A program made the position numbers and the translations under genes. Positions 12,996 to 26,130 of a DNA stretch of 64,000 nt are shown one piece after another; the first letter of the stretch is position 1; the number at the start of each line of letters is the position of its first letter. The notes beneath the pieces are model-generated. The model was not told the DNA's origin. It ran no database searches and was given only the letters and a program-made list of their open reading frames with translations. Location: contig NC_043011.1 of assembly GCF_006345805.1 (NCBI RefSeq), positions 24,378,464 to 24,442,463 on the forward strand, written 5' to 3'. The stretch is from Octopus sinensis (Eukaryota).

Positions 12996-13400
12996 TACTC
13001 TTTTACTCTTTTACCTGTTTCAGTCACGTGACTGTGGCCATGCTGGAGCACCGCCTTTTAGTCGAGCAAATCGACCCCAGGACTTATTCTTTGTAAGCCT
13101 AGTACTTATTCTATCGGTCTCTTTTGCCAAACCGCTAAGTTATGGGGACGTAAACACACCAGCATCAGTTGTGAAGCGATGTTGGGGGAATAAACACAGA
13201 CACAAACATATACACACACATACATATATATATTTACATACATACAATGGGCTTCTTTCAGTTTCCGTCTACCAAATCCACTCACAAGGCTTTGGTTGGC
13301 CCGAGGCTATAGTAGAAGACACTTGCCCAAGGTGCCATGTAGTGGGACTGAACCCGGAACCATGTGGTTCGTAAGCAAGCTACTTACCACACAGCCACTC
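12996..13400 (-). mobile_element. Full-length major tRNA/CORE SINE
   Basis: Head GAGTGGCTGTGTGGTAAGTAGCTTGCTTACGAACCACATGGTTCCGGGTTCAGTCCC through tail GAAACAGGTAAAAGAGTAAAAGAGTA. Confidence 0.9.
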
Positions 13401-13436
13401 ATGTTTTCCAAAATAAAATTGCACTTCATGCATGAA

Positions 13437-13515
13437 GCTCTGATGAAGCTGTAGGATGATACATAAGCATTCAAATATTAGTGATTGGCATCTTATTACA
13501 GAAACAGCTGTAAGG
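13437..13515 (+). ncRNA. Type I hammerhead motif with palindromic stem III
   Basis: CTGATGA (13440-13446), stem II TGTAGGATG/CATCTTATTACA (bulged), GAAA (13501), CAGCTG, TA; stem I only 2-3 bp. Confidence 0.55.
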
Positions 13516-14248
13516 TGATGAAGTTCATGATATAATTTATCATACCTTTATCATTCTAATTTCTTATTATTGTTCTGTACTTGACTGACACTTTGTTCTG
13601 AAACATGTATACTGAGTTCTAACACCAGGTTATTTGTATTGCTAAGTAGAAGCGAAATAATAATAATAATGATTATAATGGCCTACCAATGTATACTATG
13701 AATTTCTTTGCCCTAGGAGTCGGGAAGACACTCGGCAAGAAATGGAAGCAAATTTGAAAGAAGGAAAAAAAAGTAATAATAATACTAATAATAACAATAA
13801 TAATAATGATGACAATGATGATTTCATCTATTTGCCACAAGGATGAGAGGGACAATACAAAGATGGATATAAAAATAATAATATAAATAATAATAATAAC
13901 AATAATAACAATAATAATAATAAGAAGAAGAACAACAACAACAATATGTGTGTGTGTGTGTATGTGTGTGTGTGTGTGTGTGTGTAAATTTGCCAACTAA
14001 CAAAAAAATCAAATATTTCTCTAAGCATGAAAGTTCAATTTTCTGTAAAATTAGTTCTTCGTTTCATGAAATTATTTTCTCTCTTCTTTGAAAGTCAGAA
14101 GGTTATATTCTCTTTCTACAGTTAAGAGGTAAATTTTCAATTAATCGAATATTTTTTGCATATATCATTTAGTACATTACCGCCTATCTGAATTATTGAA
14201 TCATATTTATAGATCTACACCAATCTATCTATCTATCTGTCTGTCTGT

Positions 14249-14281
<33 letters not shown>

Positions 14282-15670
14282 CATTTACCTATCTATTTAT
14301 CTATCTGTCTGTTTTGTCTGTTTGTCTAGTAGCTGTAAAACTGTACAGTAGATTCAAGTGCTAAGAGTTTCATGTGTTGCACTCTGCAAACTAGAATTTT
14401 GTAACTGTCATAGATCAGTTTTATCTAATGTCATGTTATATCCAAACTTGTGTGTGTGTGTGTATATGTACAGATATAGGGTACAGAATGACCATGGGAT
14501 TGCACCTAGAAAGTTCCCCTCTGAGGCACAAGTCTGAGCACAAGGTTGTTTATGAAAGACCAGTAGTCCCCCATACATCCCAGCCTTCCCTCTCCATGCT
14601 ACTGATGTTATCCAAGGAAGGGTAAAGGCCAATACAGCTTGGCACCAGTGATGTTGCAACTCATTTCTACAGCTGAGTGAATTGGACCAATGGGAAATAA
14701 AGTGCCTTACTCAAGAACACAACACACAGCCCAGCCCAGGAATTGAACTCACAACTTCATGATCATGAGCCTGATGCTCTAACTACTAAGCCATGTGCCT
14801 TCATACATTTGGGATATTTATATACCATTGTCATCATCATTTAATTTCTATGGTGGTATGAATTGGACAATTCTACAGGAACTGGTAAGTCAGGAGACAG
14901 CACTAATCGCTGCTGTCTGCTTTGGAATGGGTTCTATGGTTGGGTGTTTTTCCTAATGCCAACCACTTTACTGAGTGTACTGGGTGCTGTTTATGTAACA
15001 CCAGCAGCAGGTAACTTGCAAGACAAAACCCCTCAACAGAGGGGATGAGTAGTATTAAGGAACAGATAAAGATGTCTTGCATTAGAGGGGTAATATGGCT
15101 GCTTCAGGTGGGGAGAGAATGTAAAGAGAGAGAAAAGATGGTGACGATGGTGAGTGGGTCTGGAATTGAATAGGTTAAGAGGGTGAGCTCACAACGAGGA
15201 GTGTGGTAGATAGAGTGTGGGGCATAATGAGTGGGCACAAATAAAGGGAAGCTTTGTTGGGGGGAGAGATTGTGAGTGGGAGGTGGGTGGTATGGACATA
15301 AAGTATACACACACACACACATATATATACAATTTTAAAATAGGAAAAAACTTTATAAGAATTTATCAAGTAGTTAGCGTGAAAAACCTCATAAGAAAAA
15401 AACCCATCAATTTTTCTCTTAAATATATTTATATCATATTGAGGGCATTAATATACATAAATGCCACACATTTATGTACAGTAATATTAAAAGTCAAAAC
15501 TATCAAAGTAAATGAACACATAGTATTGAATGCGAGGGAATGCAACTCTCGAAGCAAGCCTTTTACATAGATGTATAAAGGGTGAACATTTCTATATGCT
15601 TCGCTGCATACATTGGGTGTTCAACTGGTATGTTGATTTTTGTTCATTTGTTATAAATCTTGAATTATGC

Positions 15671-15729
15671 TTGCACTGAAGATTAAAAAGTGCATTTCTG
15701 CATTAATTATGAAATCATCTGATTTGCAG
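15671..15729 (+). ncRNA. Type I hammerhead motif inside foldback module 15436-15869
   Basis: TTGCA-CTGAAGA-TTAAAAAGTGCATTTCTGCATTAATTAT-GAAA-TCATCTGA-TT-TGCAG. Confidence 0.65.
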
Positions 15730-15865
15730 CTGAATCCTGGTTTTAAAAGGCTCACTTCGAGAGTTGCATTCCCTCGCATTCGATACTATGTGTTTATTTA
15801 TTTTGGTAGTTTTGACTTTAAGAGTCCGTCCTAGCATGTGGCATTTATGTATAGTAATGCCCTCA

Positions 15866-15921
<56 letters not shown>

Positions 15922-16054
15922 TAAGTTCAGCAAAATTTAGATTCAGATGAATATGGTACTTAAGTTAAAGGCACCAGAATTTGGTAAGGTATTATCCATA
16001 TAAATCAAATGGGATGATTATAGTCAAAATAAGCAACAAGGATATCCGAGGTAG

Positions 16055-16142
16055 TGTAGTACAAACGTTTCATGCTACTTCATTTTATTAAACACAGTAA
16101 GTATTACATCAGTTTTAAAATGTCGAGCAATCTTCAGCCACA
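16055..16142 (-). ncRNA. Type I hammerhead motif inside foldback module 16019-16365
   Basis: Minus strand: TGTGG-CTGAAGA-TTGCT...AGCAT-GAAA-CGTTTG-TA-CTACA. Confidence 0.65.
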
Positions 16143-16595
16143 TATAGAATTTTTTAATTAAATGGACAATGTACATTTTTATACTTATTTCATTTGCCAG
16201 CATTACAAAGAGGGTAGGTATATAGACAGAGAGGTTAATTTCATCATTAAGAACATGGTATTAGAATGTCCTTCTCCATCTGTAGATTTTTTATCACTCA
16301 TGAAGTGAGCATGAAACAGTTGTACTACACTACATTGGATATCCTTGTTGCTTATTTTGACTATATATATATATGAGCAAAATAGCTAGTTCTAAAATCT
16401 CTAAATGAGATATAAGTAGTAACAACACTAGACAGTAACATTTTTTTGCTACTATAACATGGCTGTTCTATAAAGAACTATGTTACTGCATTTTAATCCC
16501 AGGAAAACATCTTTCCCAGCTGGTTAACAACACACAACCTGTGTTCAATATATTGTGATTAAGGAAGTGAATTGCTTCCCTCCAATATGCTAAGA

Positions 16596-16640
16596 CCAAT
16601 AGACCATGGTTTCTGGGTCTTTACCCTTCATCAGTAATGG
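16596..16640 (-). ncRNA. Minimal type I hammerhead (GUC site) inside foldback module 16434-16852
   Basis: Minus strand: CCATTA-CTGATGA-A GGGT AAAG ACCC A-GAAA-CCATGG-TC-TATTGG; full core, palindromic stem III, 5/6-bp stem I. Confidence 0.8.
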
Positions 16641-17093
16641 ACACCTGCCTGCTAAAGATGGCAGTTACTCATCCCTACCCACAATGTATAAATGTTACCA
16701 TCTAATATTGTTACTATTTATATCTCGTTTAGAGATTTTAGAACACAGCTTGTGTGTCTTTAACCAGCTGGAAAAGGTGTTTTCCTAGGGTTAAAATGAA
16801 GTAACATTATCCTTTATAGAATAGCCATGTAATTGGGGCAAAAAATGTTACTATATATAGAGAGAGGGCTATGCCAACAAAGTGCAAGGTGTTGGTAGGG
16901 TCGCCTATGCTGGACAGGCCAAAGGATAGAGACCAGACTAGTATGAACCACCTCTCTCACAGATAAAAATGGGTTTGTGTAAGTCCAACACCCCTACCTA
17001 TAAAAGAGGCAAAGTTACAGAAGCATTGATGACAATTCAAAACCAACAAGGCCTTCCTAGGAAAGGAAGACCTTCCTTCAGGGAAAAGCAGCT

Positions 17094-17401
17094 TTTTTTT
17101 TTGTTCCTTCTCGAGCCATTCCTGGCTCATAAGGGCCGGTTTCCCGGTTTCTTGGCATATAGGTTCCCCACCTGGATGGGACGCTGGTCCATTGCAGGTA
17201 AGCTGCAAGATGCAGGAGGAAAGAGTGAGAAAAAGTTGTGGCGAAAGAGTCAGCAGAGGTTCGCCATTACCTTCTGCTGGAGCTGCGTGGAGCTTAGGTG
17301 TTTCGCTCATAAACACACACATCGCCCGGTCTGAGATTCGAACCCGCGATCCCTCGACTGCAAGTCCGCTGCCCTAACCACTGGGCCATTGCGCCTCCAC
17401 A
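17094..17401 (-). mobile_element. Young tRNA-derived SINE with 14-bp TSD
   Basis: A box TGGCCCAGTGGTTAGG, B box GGTTCGAATC, CpGs intact, A-rich tail; TSD AGGGAAAAGCAGCT at 17080-17093 and 17402-17415. Confidence 0.9.
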
Positions 17402-18259
17402 AGGGAAAAGCAGCTCAGAGTTGAACAGTGGGGAAAAGTTGTCTATGGCCTTTGTTCATAAGTAATGAAGAGCATATCTAAGTAAGAATAGCAACACTTG
17501 CAGCAACATTGGCTCATCCTAATTATCATCATTTTAACATCCATTTTCCCCAGCTTCCAAGGGTTAGATGAAATTTCTTTGAAGCATATATTCTATGGAT
17601 GGATGTTCTTTTTGTTACTAACCCACACCTATTTTGAAGCAAGCTAATATTTCTCCTAGTCCTTCAAACAGAAACAGTACAATGGCTGAACAACAATCGT
17701 TGGGCGTGTTTTCACAGAAGATTGCAAATGAACAACACTGCTTGTATAACAGTGATGTTTGTTTACAATTAGTGCATGATGTCAAGACAAAGTGACACAG
17801 CTTGGCCATGTGGTAAGAAGTTTGCCTCCCAACTACATGGTCTTGCGTTCAATCTCACTACATTGCACCTTGAGCAAGTGTCCCACTGCATTGCACCTTG
17901 AGCAAGTGTCTTCTACTGCAACCTTGGGCTGACCAAAACCTCATGAATGGATATGTTAGACAGAAACTGAAAGAAGCCCTGTGTGTGTGTGTGTTTGTGT
18001 ATGTGTCCACCACCACTTGACAACTGGTCTCAGTGTGTTTACGTTCTCATAACTTAGCAGTTCAGCAAAAGAGAATGATAGAATAAGAAACAATCTTTAA
18101 AAAATAAGTATGGGGGTGGATTCATTTGATTAAAATTCTTCAAAGTGGTGCTACCTGCGTGGCCACAGTCTAAATGACTGAAACAAGTAAAAGATAAATG
18201 ATATACTCATGCACATACACAGATACTCATATGTACACACACACACACACATACATGCA

Positions 18260-18294
<35 letters not shown>

Positions 18295-18662
18295 ATCTAT
18301 CTATTGTTTCACTGTCCTGTTCTTGTTACCACTTTAACCCTCTGCAAAAAATCCCAAATTTTATTTAATTTGCTTTGCGGGAAGGACTGTTTCATTGAAG
18401 TTGCATCTTGTCCTTGCCTTCGTAATGTGGAGTAGATGAAACAGGGACAACTGAAGAAAGGGAATATTCTTTATGTTGTATGTCTTGTTTCTCTGTTTTT
18501 TTTTGTTGTTTGAAAAAAAGCTTGTTTCTATATTCTTGTTTTTATGTTTTCGTTTCTCATTGTGTTAAACATTTTGTTGATGTCCTGTACCCATATATGC
18601 ATGTATATATATAGGTTTGTACATATATGTATGTATATATGCATATATTTATATATTGTTTG

Positions 18663-18710
<48 letters not shown>

Positions 18711-18750
18711 TGTATATATATATTATATATATATATATATATATTATTTG

Positions 18751-18805
<55 letters not shown>

Positions 18806-20956
18806 GTATACACACATACACACAAACCCACACACATGATGGGCTACATTCCATTTCCATCTATCAGATTCAATGACAGTGTTTTGATCACTCCAGGCTT
18901 AAGGTAAAAAAAAAAACATTCATCAAAGTTGCTGTATGGTAGAAATGAACCTGAAGTCATATGGGTGTGAAGTCAATTTCTTAACCACACAACCATGCTC
19001 GTACCTGCTACAAGGAAACATTAAGTAACTTAGGCTGGAATGCTTCTTGCATAATCCACATGTATAGACTAATTGGCATATTCCAGTAAATAAGATTAAT
19101 GGGAAAGAAAGAATCATTGATATTAGTGTAGAAATAAACTTTAGGAAGCAAAATTACTATTACCACCATAAAAAATAACAATTTCTAACATTGTAAAATA
19201 ATAATTTTTAGCAAAATAAACAAAGGAATAAAGAAAATTATGAAGTATTTTATTAAGTGGGAAAATTATTAGAATTAAAATAGGACAATAATGGAGCAGA
19301 CAAGCTTAAATTCTGGAATAAATGTTTGCTGTAGATGATGGAATGTTAAGCTGCAATGACTGGAAATGAGAAATAAAATTTAAAACACACACACACACAC
19401 ACACACACATAATTAAACAGTATCTTTATTTATTTATTATGAAGCCAGTGTTCTACCAGCACTCAAATAGGATGGTATGTTTAGTTTTTAGTACTAGGAA
19501 CTGATTGTAGAAAATAAACAAAATATATAAATACATGTAATGTGGTGGTGTGAAAAACAAAAGATTTTGTAGATGAGTTTCGTGAACTGAATGTAGTAGA
19601 AATTAGATATGGCATTTGGTAGGGGAAGCACTTAGAAAGAGGCAGGCTAAAGGAGTTGAATTAATCTAAAGGTTTAAACCATCGCCATCACCACCACCAT
19701 CATCCTCATTGCTTTAACATCTTTTTCATGCTTGCATGTGTCAGGCATGAATATGTTGGGGTGCAGTTTATTATGGCCAGATTCTTCCTATTGTCAGCCC
19801 TTGCTTGTTTCCAAGTGAGGTCATAATCTCCGTCTGTCAAACAAGAAAAAGCCCAGACATGCTTTTGTGGTGGATTGCAAACATATATGATGAGGAAACT
19901 ATGAAACCTCTCACACAGATATGCACACACACACACACACACACACAAACATACAAACACACTGCATATCTATCTATCTATTTATGTGGGTGTGCATGTG
20001 TATAAAAACAATGAACTTTCAGTTTCTATCTACCATATTCATTTACAAAGATTTGGACAGCTTGAGGCTGTTGTTGGAAAAACACTCGTCCAAAGTGCTA
20101 TGCAGTGGGACTGAACCTGAAACTATATGGTTGTGAAGCAAACTTCTTAACCACTCAGCTATAGACCTGGAAGGGAGATAAAAATCAAAAGGGATTTATG
20201 GAATTTTATTGATGGTTCACATTCTTTTTTAACTAACAGTAAGCTGAAGTTAGTTTGAAAATACATGAAGACTTTAAGTATAACATAAGGTAAAACCTAC
20301 AGAAAATATTAATGTTTCACAAACTTCCAGCCACATGCACAAAGAGGCACATCGGCCTACATGCATCCATGTGTTGCACTAAAACCTACACTCAAAAAAC
20401 CATCCACAACTACTTAGCATGTTGCTTATGTGACTGAATATGAAAACATTAGTTACATGACATTGAAGCAGCTGCATTTAGCCAATACATCTTCTCACAA
20501 AGATACTCAGAAAAAAAGAACAACTACACAAACAAAACACACACCAATATGTGTATGTTCTCATATGCTCACTAAGAATTTTTATTAATATAATATATCG
20601 AGGTGTATGTAAGGCACACATTGTAAGTCCATACAGGTGCGGGCACAGCTGTATGGTTAAAAAGCTTACTTTGCAATCATGTAGCTTCAGGTTCTGTCCC
20701 ACTATGCAGTACTTTGGAAAAGTGTCTTCTGCTATAGCCCTGGCCAGCCAGTGTCTTGTAAGAGAATTTGATGGACAGAAACTGCGTGGAAGCCCATCCT
20801 AGATACATGTATGCATGTGTGTGGGCATATGTGTGTTTCCGTGTGTTTGTGTTCCCTCCCCACCACTTGACAACTAGTACATCCCTGTAACCTAGCTGTT
20901 CAACAAAAGAGACTGATAGAATAAGTGCCAGGCTTAAAAACAAATACTGGGATCAG

Positions 20957-21347
20957 TCTTTTATTCTTTTATTTGTTTCAATCATTTGACTGTGGCCAAG
21001 CTGGAGCACTGCCTTTAGTCGAGCAAATTGACCCCAGGACTTATTCTTTGTAAGCCTTGTACTTATTCTATTGGTCTCTCTTGCTGAACCGCTAAGTGAT
21101 GGGGACGTAAACACACCAGCATCAGTTGTCAAGCGATGTTGGGGGTACAAACAGACACACAAACATATACATACACATATATATATATGATGGGCTTTCA
21201 GTTTCCGTCTACCAAATCCACTCACAAAGCTTTGGTCGATCTGAGGCAATAGTAGAAGACACTTGCTCAAGGTGCCACGCAGTGGGACTGAACCCGGAAC
21301 CATGTGGTTGGTAAGCAAGCTACTTACCACACAGCCATTCCTGCGCC
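20957..21347 (-). mobile_element. Major SINE nested in an older opposite-strand SINE (about 20637-21425)
   Basis: Full head-to-tail copy; the host SINE resumes after 21347 (AAACCC...CCAGCATGGCTGCAGTC...AAACAAGTAAAA). Confidence 0.85.
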
Positions 21348-21817
21348 TGTTTAACTAAACCCTTCTAAGCAGAGCCCCAGCATGGCTGCAGTCCGATGAC
21401 TAAAACAAGTAAAATATATAAGATAAAAGAGTCTTCAACACACTGAAATTCTGAAGCAGTGTTTTTGAAAGGGGGCTGTGTGCATATCACTTGGGTGGGA
21501 GTATGGCACTATTTTGGTGGGTTGTGTGTTACTTCAGAATAGGGTGTAAGTAAACAAGTGAATTAAACTTGCAATTAAATTTTGAATATTGATATAAATA
21601 TTGAATATTGATTTGCCTGTTGATGATAAAGGCACACATTATTTTGGAAAATTGGAAATTTGGCATGGCATAAAAAAAAAGAAAAAAAGAGAAACTCTTC
21701 CCAAAATAATAATCTCACATACACTTTCATTGAAATGCAACTCTATTGGAACAATAACATGAGGACCATGCTCCCTCCTCAACATGAACAACCACACACA
21801 AGCAGTCTAATATAGTC

Positions 21818-22002
21818 CAGTGCTCCGCATCCAGTATGTCACGGCACACTGATGTGCCATGAGATGATGCTAAGTGTGTTGCATCTAGCCTGAATATAAT
21901 CTTTTTCCTTATACTTTTAGTTATGTTTTTAGCTCAGGTGTGCTGCTGAATTTTGAAAAGAATATAAGTGTACCACAAGAGAAAAAAGTTTGAAGAGCAC
22001 TA
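21818..22002 (+). mobile_element. hAT-like MITE remnant
   Basis: Left end CAGTGCTCCGCATCCAGTATGTCACGGCACACTGATGTGCC; right end AAAAAAGTTTGAAGAGCACTA. Confidence 0.5.
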
Positions 22003-22367
22003 ATATCATCCATAGACATATGAACACACTACCAATCAAATTACACTCAAAATGGCTGGGCCTAACCTGGAAGGGAGGAATCACTTCAAAGTAAGATTTT
22101 AAGAATGTAATAACATTATATGGAAGACTGGTGGGATTATTATTTGTATGGACTTAAAGATTGGTTGCTATTTAGTATATAATTTAGTTATTGTAGGTTT
22201 ACTATTAATACCTCTACAGATGTACATAGATTTATATGTTTCTTGTTGTAATTTAATTTTAAAGTTAATGTTTAATCTTGCCTATATTTGATTGAATACT
22301 GTTTATACATAGGGTAAATGTGTTTGAAAGTTGTGTTTTGATTTTTGGTATGTTTGTTCCCAAACAG

Positions 22368-22446
22368 CACTTCTTTTAGTGCTGTTGACACTGCTGGATT
22401 AAATGTCAAAACCATAATGATACCTGTGGGACAGCTGATGATGGAG
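22368..22446 (+). CDS. Candidate internal exon (xTSFSAVDTAGLNVKTIMIPVGQLMME)
   Basis: T-rich tract + TTCCCAAACAG acceptor, GAG|GTATGT donor, single open frame, non-repetitive context. No recognised homology. Confidence 0.25.
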
Positions 22447-24283
22447 GTATGTTGGATTGTTGGTATGGCTATTTGTGTATATGTGGAATAGTGTTATAAC
22501 ACACCCTTTTCATTAATATGACATAAAATTCATTTTTAAATGATTTAAAATTATATTTAAAATTAGACTGAAAGTGTATATAAGAAAATAGCTGTTCAAA
22601 TAGACTGAAAATTCAAAAGGTTTAAAAAATAATCTCATAACTATAAATTTGCAGTGTTAGCAATTAGAATATAAGTTCTGAATCTTTATTCAATAACTTA
22701 AATCTAGGGACAATTATTTTGAATTTTTATTAGCAGCACAACTGTTACAGCTTCCTATAACAACTATATATTTTTTCTTTTGATAGGATTTTCCATGCAA
22801 TATAAAATAGTGTGTTAGAGCTTTTCAAATTCCAGAAGGAAAGATTTGTGGCTGAATTTCACTTTTTTTTCTCTTTTTGAAAGTTCTGTTTTGAGCAAAT
22901 CTAGATTCAAAGGAGTTTAATGTAAGTTCAGTATAGCAAAAGGAGGAGGCAGGAATGTTCACTTCAGCTTGGTATAGCTTTTTACTTAAACATTGTACAT
23001 GATAGGGCAATAATTAGGAGTAGAACAATTACAGTTAAGGTAAAGGGCAAGTTATTAGAGATATAATTATCTTATAAGTTATCACATAATTTTGCATGAG
23101 CCAATGTGGCCATTAGCTCTAAATATTTAGAATTTAATGTTTTTTTTTATACTTTTGTCTATCAAACACTCCTCTAACCTTGTGAATTAAATCATCCTAT
23201 CAAATTAGTTACCTTATATTTACTGTATAAATTATGTTCTAAAAATTCTAAATAATAGCTTGAATGAGCAACTGCTGTGAAATTCTGAAGCTATAAATGA
23301 CTTTAAAAACTATATACCAAAATCTTGTGAGAGGATTTGGTAGATGGAATCTGAGAGAGTTTTACCATATGTATATCATCATCATCGACATTTAATGTCT
23401 GTTTTCCATGCTGGCATGAGTTGGACAGCTTGATAGGAATTAGCAAGGCCACACCAGGTTCCATAGTCTATTTTGACTTGGTTTCTATCACTGGATGCGC
23501 TTCCTAATGGCAACCACTCCACAGAGTGTACTGGGTGATTTATACTTGGCCCCCTCATCAGCTGCTTTTTACATGGTGCCACAACAGTGCTTTTTACATG
23601 GTGCCGGCACCCAAACCAATGCTTTTTACATGACCCCTTGGTTTTAGGATTTAAATTCTGCTGTGGTGGGCAGGTCTTCTGAGTACAGCAATGCACAACA
23701 TATCGCAGTCCTCTGTCACTATTTCAGTCCTATATATATGTGTGTGTGTGTGTGTGTTTGAACCCCCTCAGCTTGATATCATGTAATAGCAGTATCCTTC
23801 ATTTCCAGTCTTTCATGAAAAACATTGTCTGGTCATGGGAAATATTACCTTGCTTGGAAACAAGTGATGGTTGGCAACAGGAAGGGTAACCAGTCATAGA
23901 TTGTTTGCCTTGACAAATTCTGACCCATGCAAACATAGGAAAGTGGACATTGAGGCAGCTGTAATGACAAGTGTGTGTTTGTGAGCATTAGAAACTTAGT
24001 CTATGGTTTCAGTGGTAAAATAACAACGAAGTAAAAAAAAAGTTCTGTGGACATGAAAGGTTAATGGAATATCTTTAAAAATCAGTTAGAATCATGTTCT
24101 CTACACAACACTCTTAAAAAAGCCACTGATTTACTTTTATACCTATACATATGTATATACACATACATACATACATATAATGATAATGGTGTATGTATGT
24201 ATATATACATGTGTGTGACGCGCATATATATATATATATATATATATGTATCCATGTCTTTATACATGTATATATATATATGT

Positions 24284-24314
<31 letters not shown>

Positions 24315-24325
24315 ATATATATATG

Positions 24326-24364
<39 letters not shown>

Positions 24365-24407
24365 TATGTATATATATATATATATATATATGTATATAAT
24401 ATGTATA

Positions 24408-24453
<46 letters not shown>

Positions 24454-25449
24454 GTTTGTGTATATATATATATATATATGTATATCTATTTTATATATCT
24501 GTCCACCCCTCTCTCTCTTCTCATATATATACACACACAAATGTATGTCTACATATGCATATACAGATACATATATGAAAGCAAAATGGAAATCAGCTCC
24601 TTTCTCATGTATAGGAAACATGACTATAGCTAATTTATAAAGATTTTCCATTAACCTTTTAAAACAATTTCGCATCCACCGATTTATAATTTTTTTTTAT
24701 TGTACCACTAAAACTCTACAATAAACTATCTGAAATGTCTGTGTTTCAAGCATTCAATGTACTTTCTCATTATTTAGTCTAGATTTATATATTCATCTTT
24801 ATTTCCTAGTGTGAACATACATTGACTTTCTGTTTCACTCACTGCTATCTTATGCAAAATTTTCTATGATCAGCAGATGCCAGAGGTCATGTGTGAGGAT
24901 ATTGCTGTTATATATACGTATATATATATTTATATATATATATATATATCTAAAGCCTCAGCTGTTGTACTGTTTATTGCCTGTCATAGTTTTCAAGCCT
25001 ATTTCATACATACATGCATATAAATATACATACATTCATACATACATACATGCCTGTGCATACATACATGTATTTTCCATACATGCATATTTACATACAT
25101 GCATACATACATTCATACATGCATATATACATACATGCATGCAGGCATGCCTACATATATTAGATTGGAAAAAAGTTGTATCTCATTTCGAGATGAGAAA
25201 GAAACAAATGCTTCTTTTGATCTTGATACATTTAATCAAGATAATATTCCTTTCATTATTGATAACACAATCCCATTTACTTGTCAATTTGTTGATTCCT
25301 TGGGTATAAAATTTTTCAGGTTTTGAAGCAAGGGAATACTCAATATTATTTCTAACCTCTTAACGGTTAATGAATTGTTTTCCCCTCAAACTAATATTGT
25401 AATGATCTGAAAAAGATGATAGTCAGATGGAGCAAGTTGAGGAGAATAA

Positions 25450-26130
25450 GGAGGATGAAACAAGACTTCCATATTTAGTGCTGTAATCTTTTCCTGTGTG
25501 ACCTGGGCAATATGTGGTTTTGCATTATCATTAAAAGCAACAACCCTTTGTGATTGATCAATGTTGGGTGCAATTTCTTCAAATCTTTATACAGTGCTTC
25601 CAGTTAACAATACTTCTCCATATTAACTGTTTCATTTTGATTTAACACTTCATGATAGATGACACTCTTCATATCTCAAACACAGAGAGTGACTTTTTTT
25701 CAGGTGTAGTCTTGGTTTGGGAGTGGATTTTCCTTTTTCGTCGGATGCTAACAATTGTCATTTCCATTGGACACGCTTATAGGGAACCCACTTTTCATTA
25801 CTTGTGATGAAAGGTTCTGGAAATATTCCATAGCAAGCTTATGACAAGCAGATGGCAACTCTTTGATGATGGAGGACCAACTGACTAAGTGTAAACATTT
25901 TTTTCTCATTCATGAAGGTGTTTTATGATCTAAGTAGGACTTGAATTGAACTGCATTGCTAATTTTCATGCAGTCTGCTTTGGATTTTCCTTAACTACCA
26001 TTTTTAGAAACTCAGTATTGACAGAACCTGATCCCCCAGATCAAGGAAAATCTTCAAAAGAAAAATTTCCTGTGCAAAACTGACCAAGACACTATTGGCA
26101 TGACTGGACACATCAAGATTAATTTAATGA
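25450..26130 (-). mobile_element. Mariner transposase remnant (heavily decayed)
   Basis: Minus translation FITSNEKWVPYKRVQWK*QLLASDEKGKSTPKPRLHLKK matches the mariner IVTGDEKWV...PK..LH.KK region; boundaries approximate. Confidence 0.75.

Noticed and set aside
17330-17401. tRNA gene
   Set aside because: It is a tRNA-like SINE head continuing into a SINE body with tail and TSD.
22381-22446. Alternative frame CC(TGA)HCWIKCQNHNDTCGTADDG as a selenoprotein exon
   Set aside because: No SECIS or homology support; another frame of the same exon is open without recoding.
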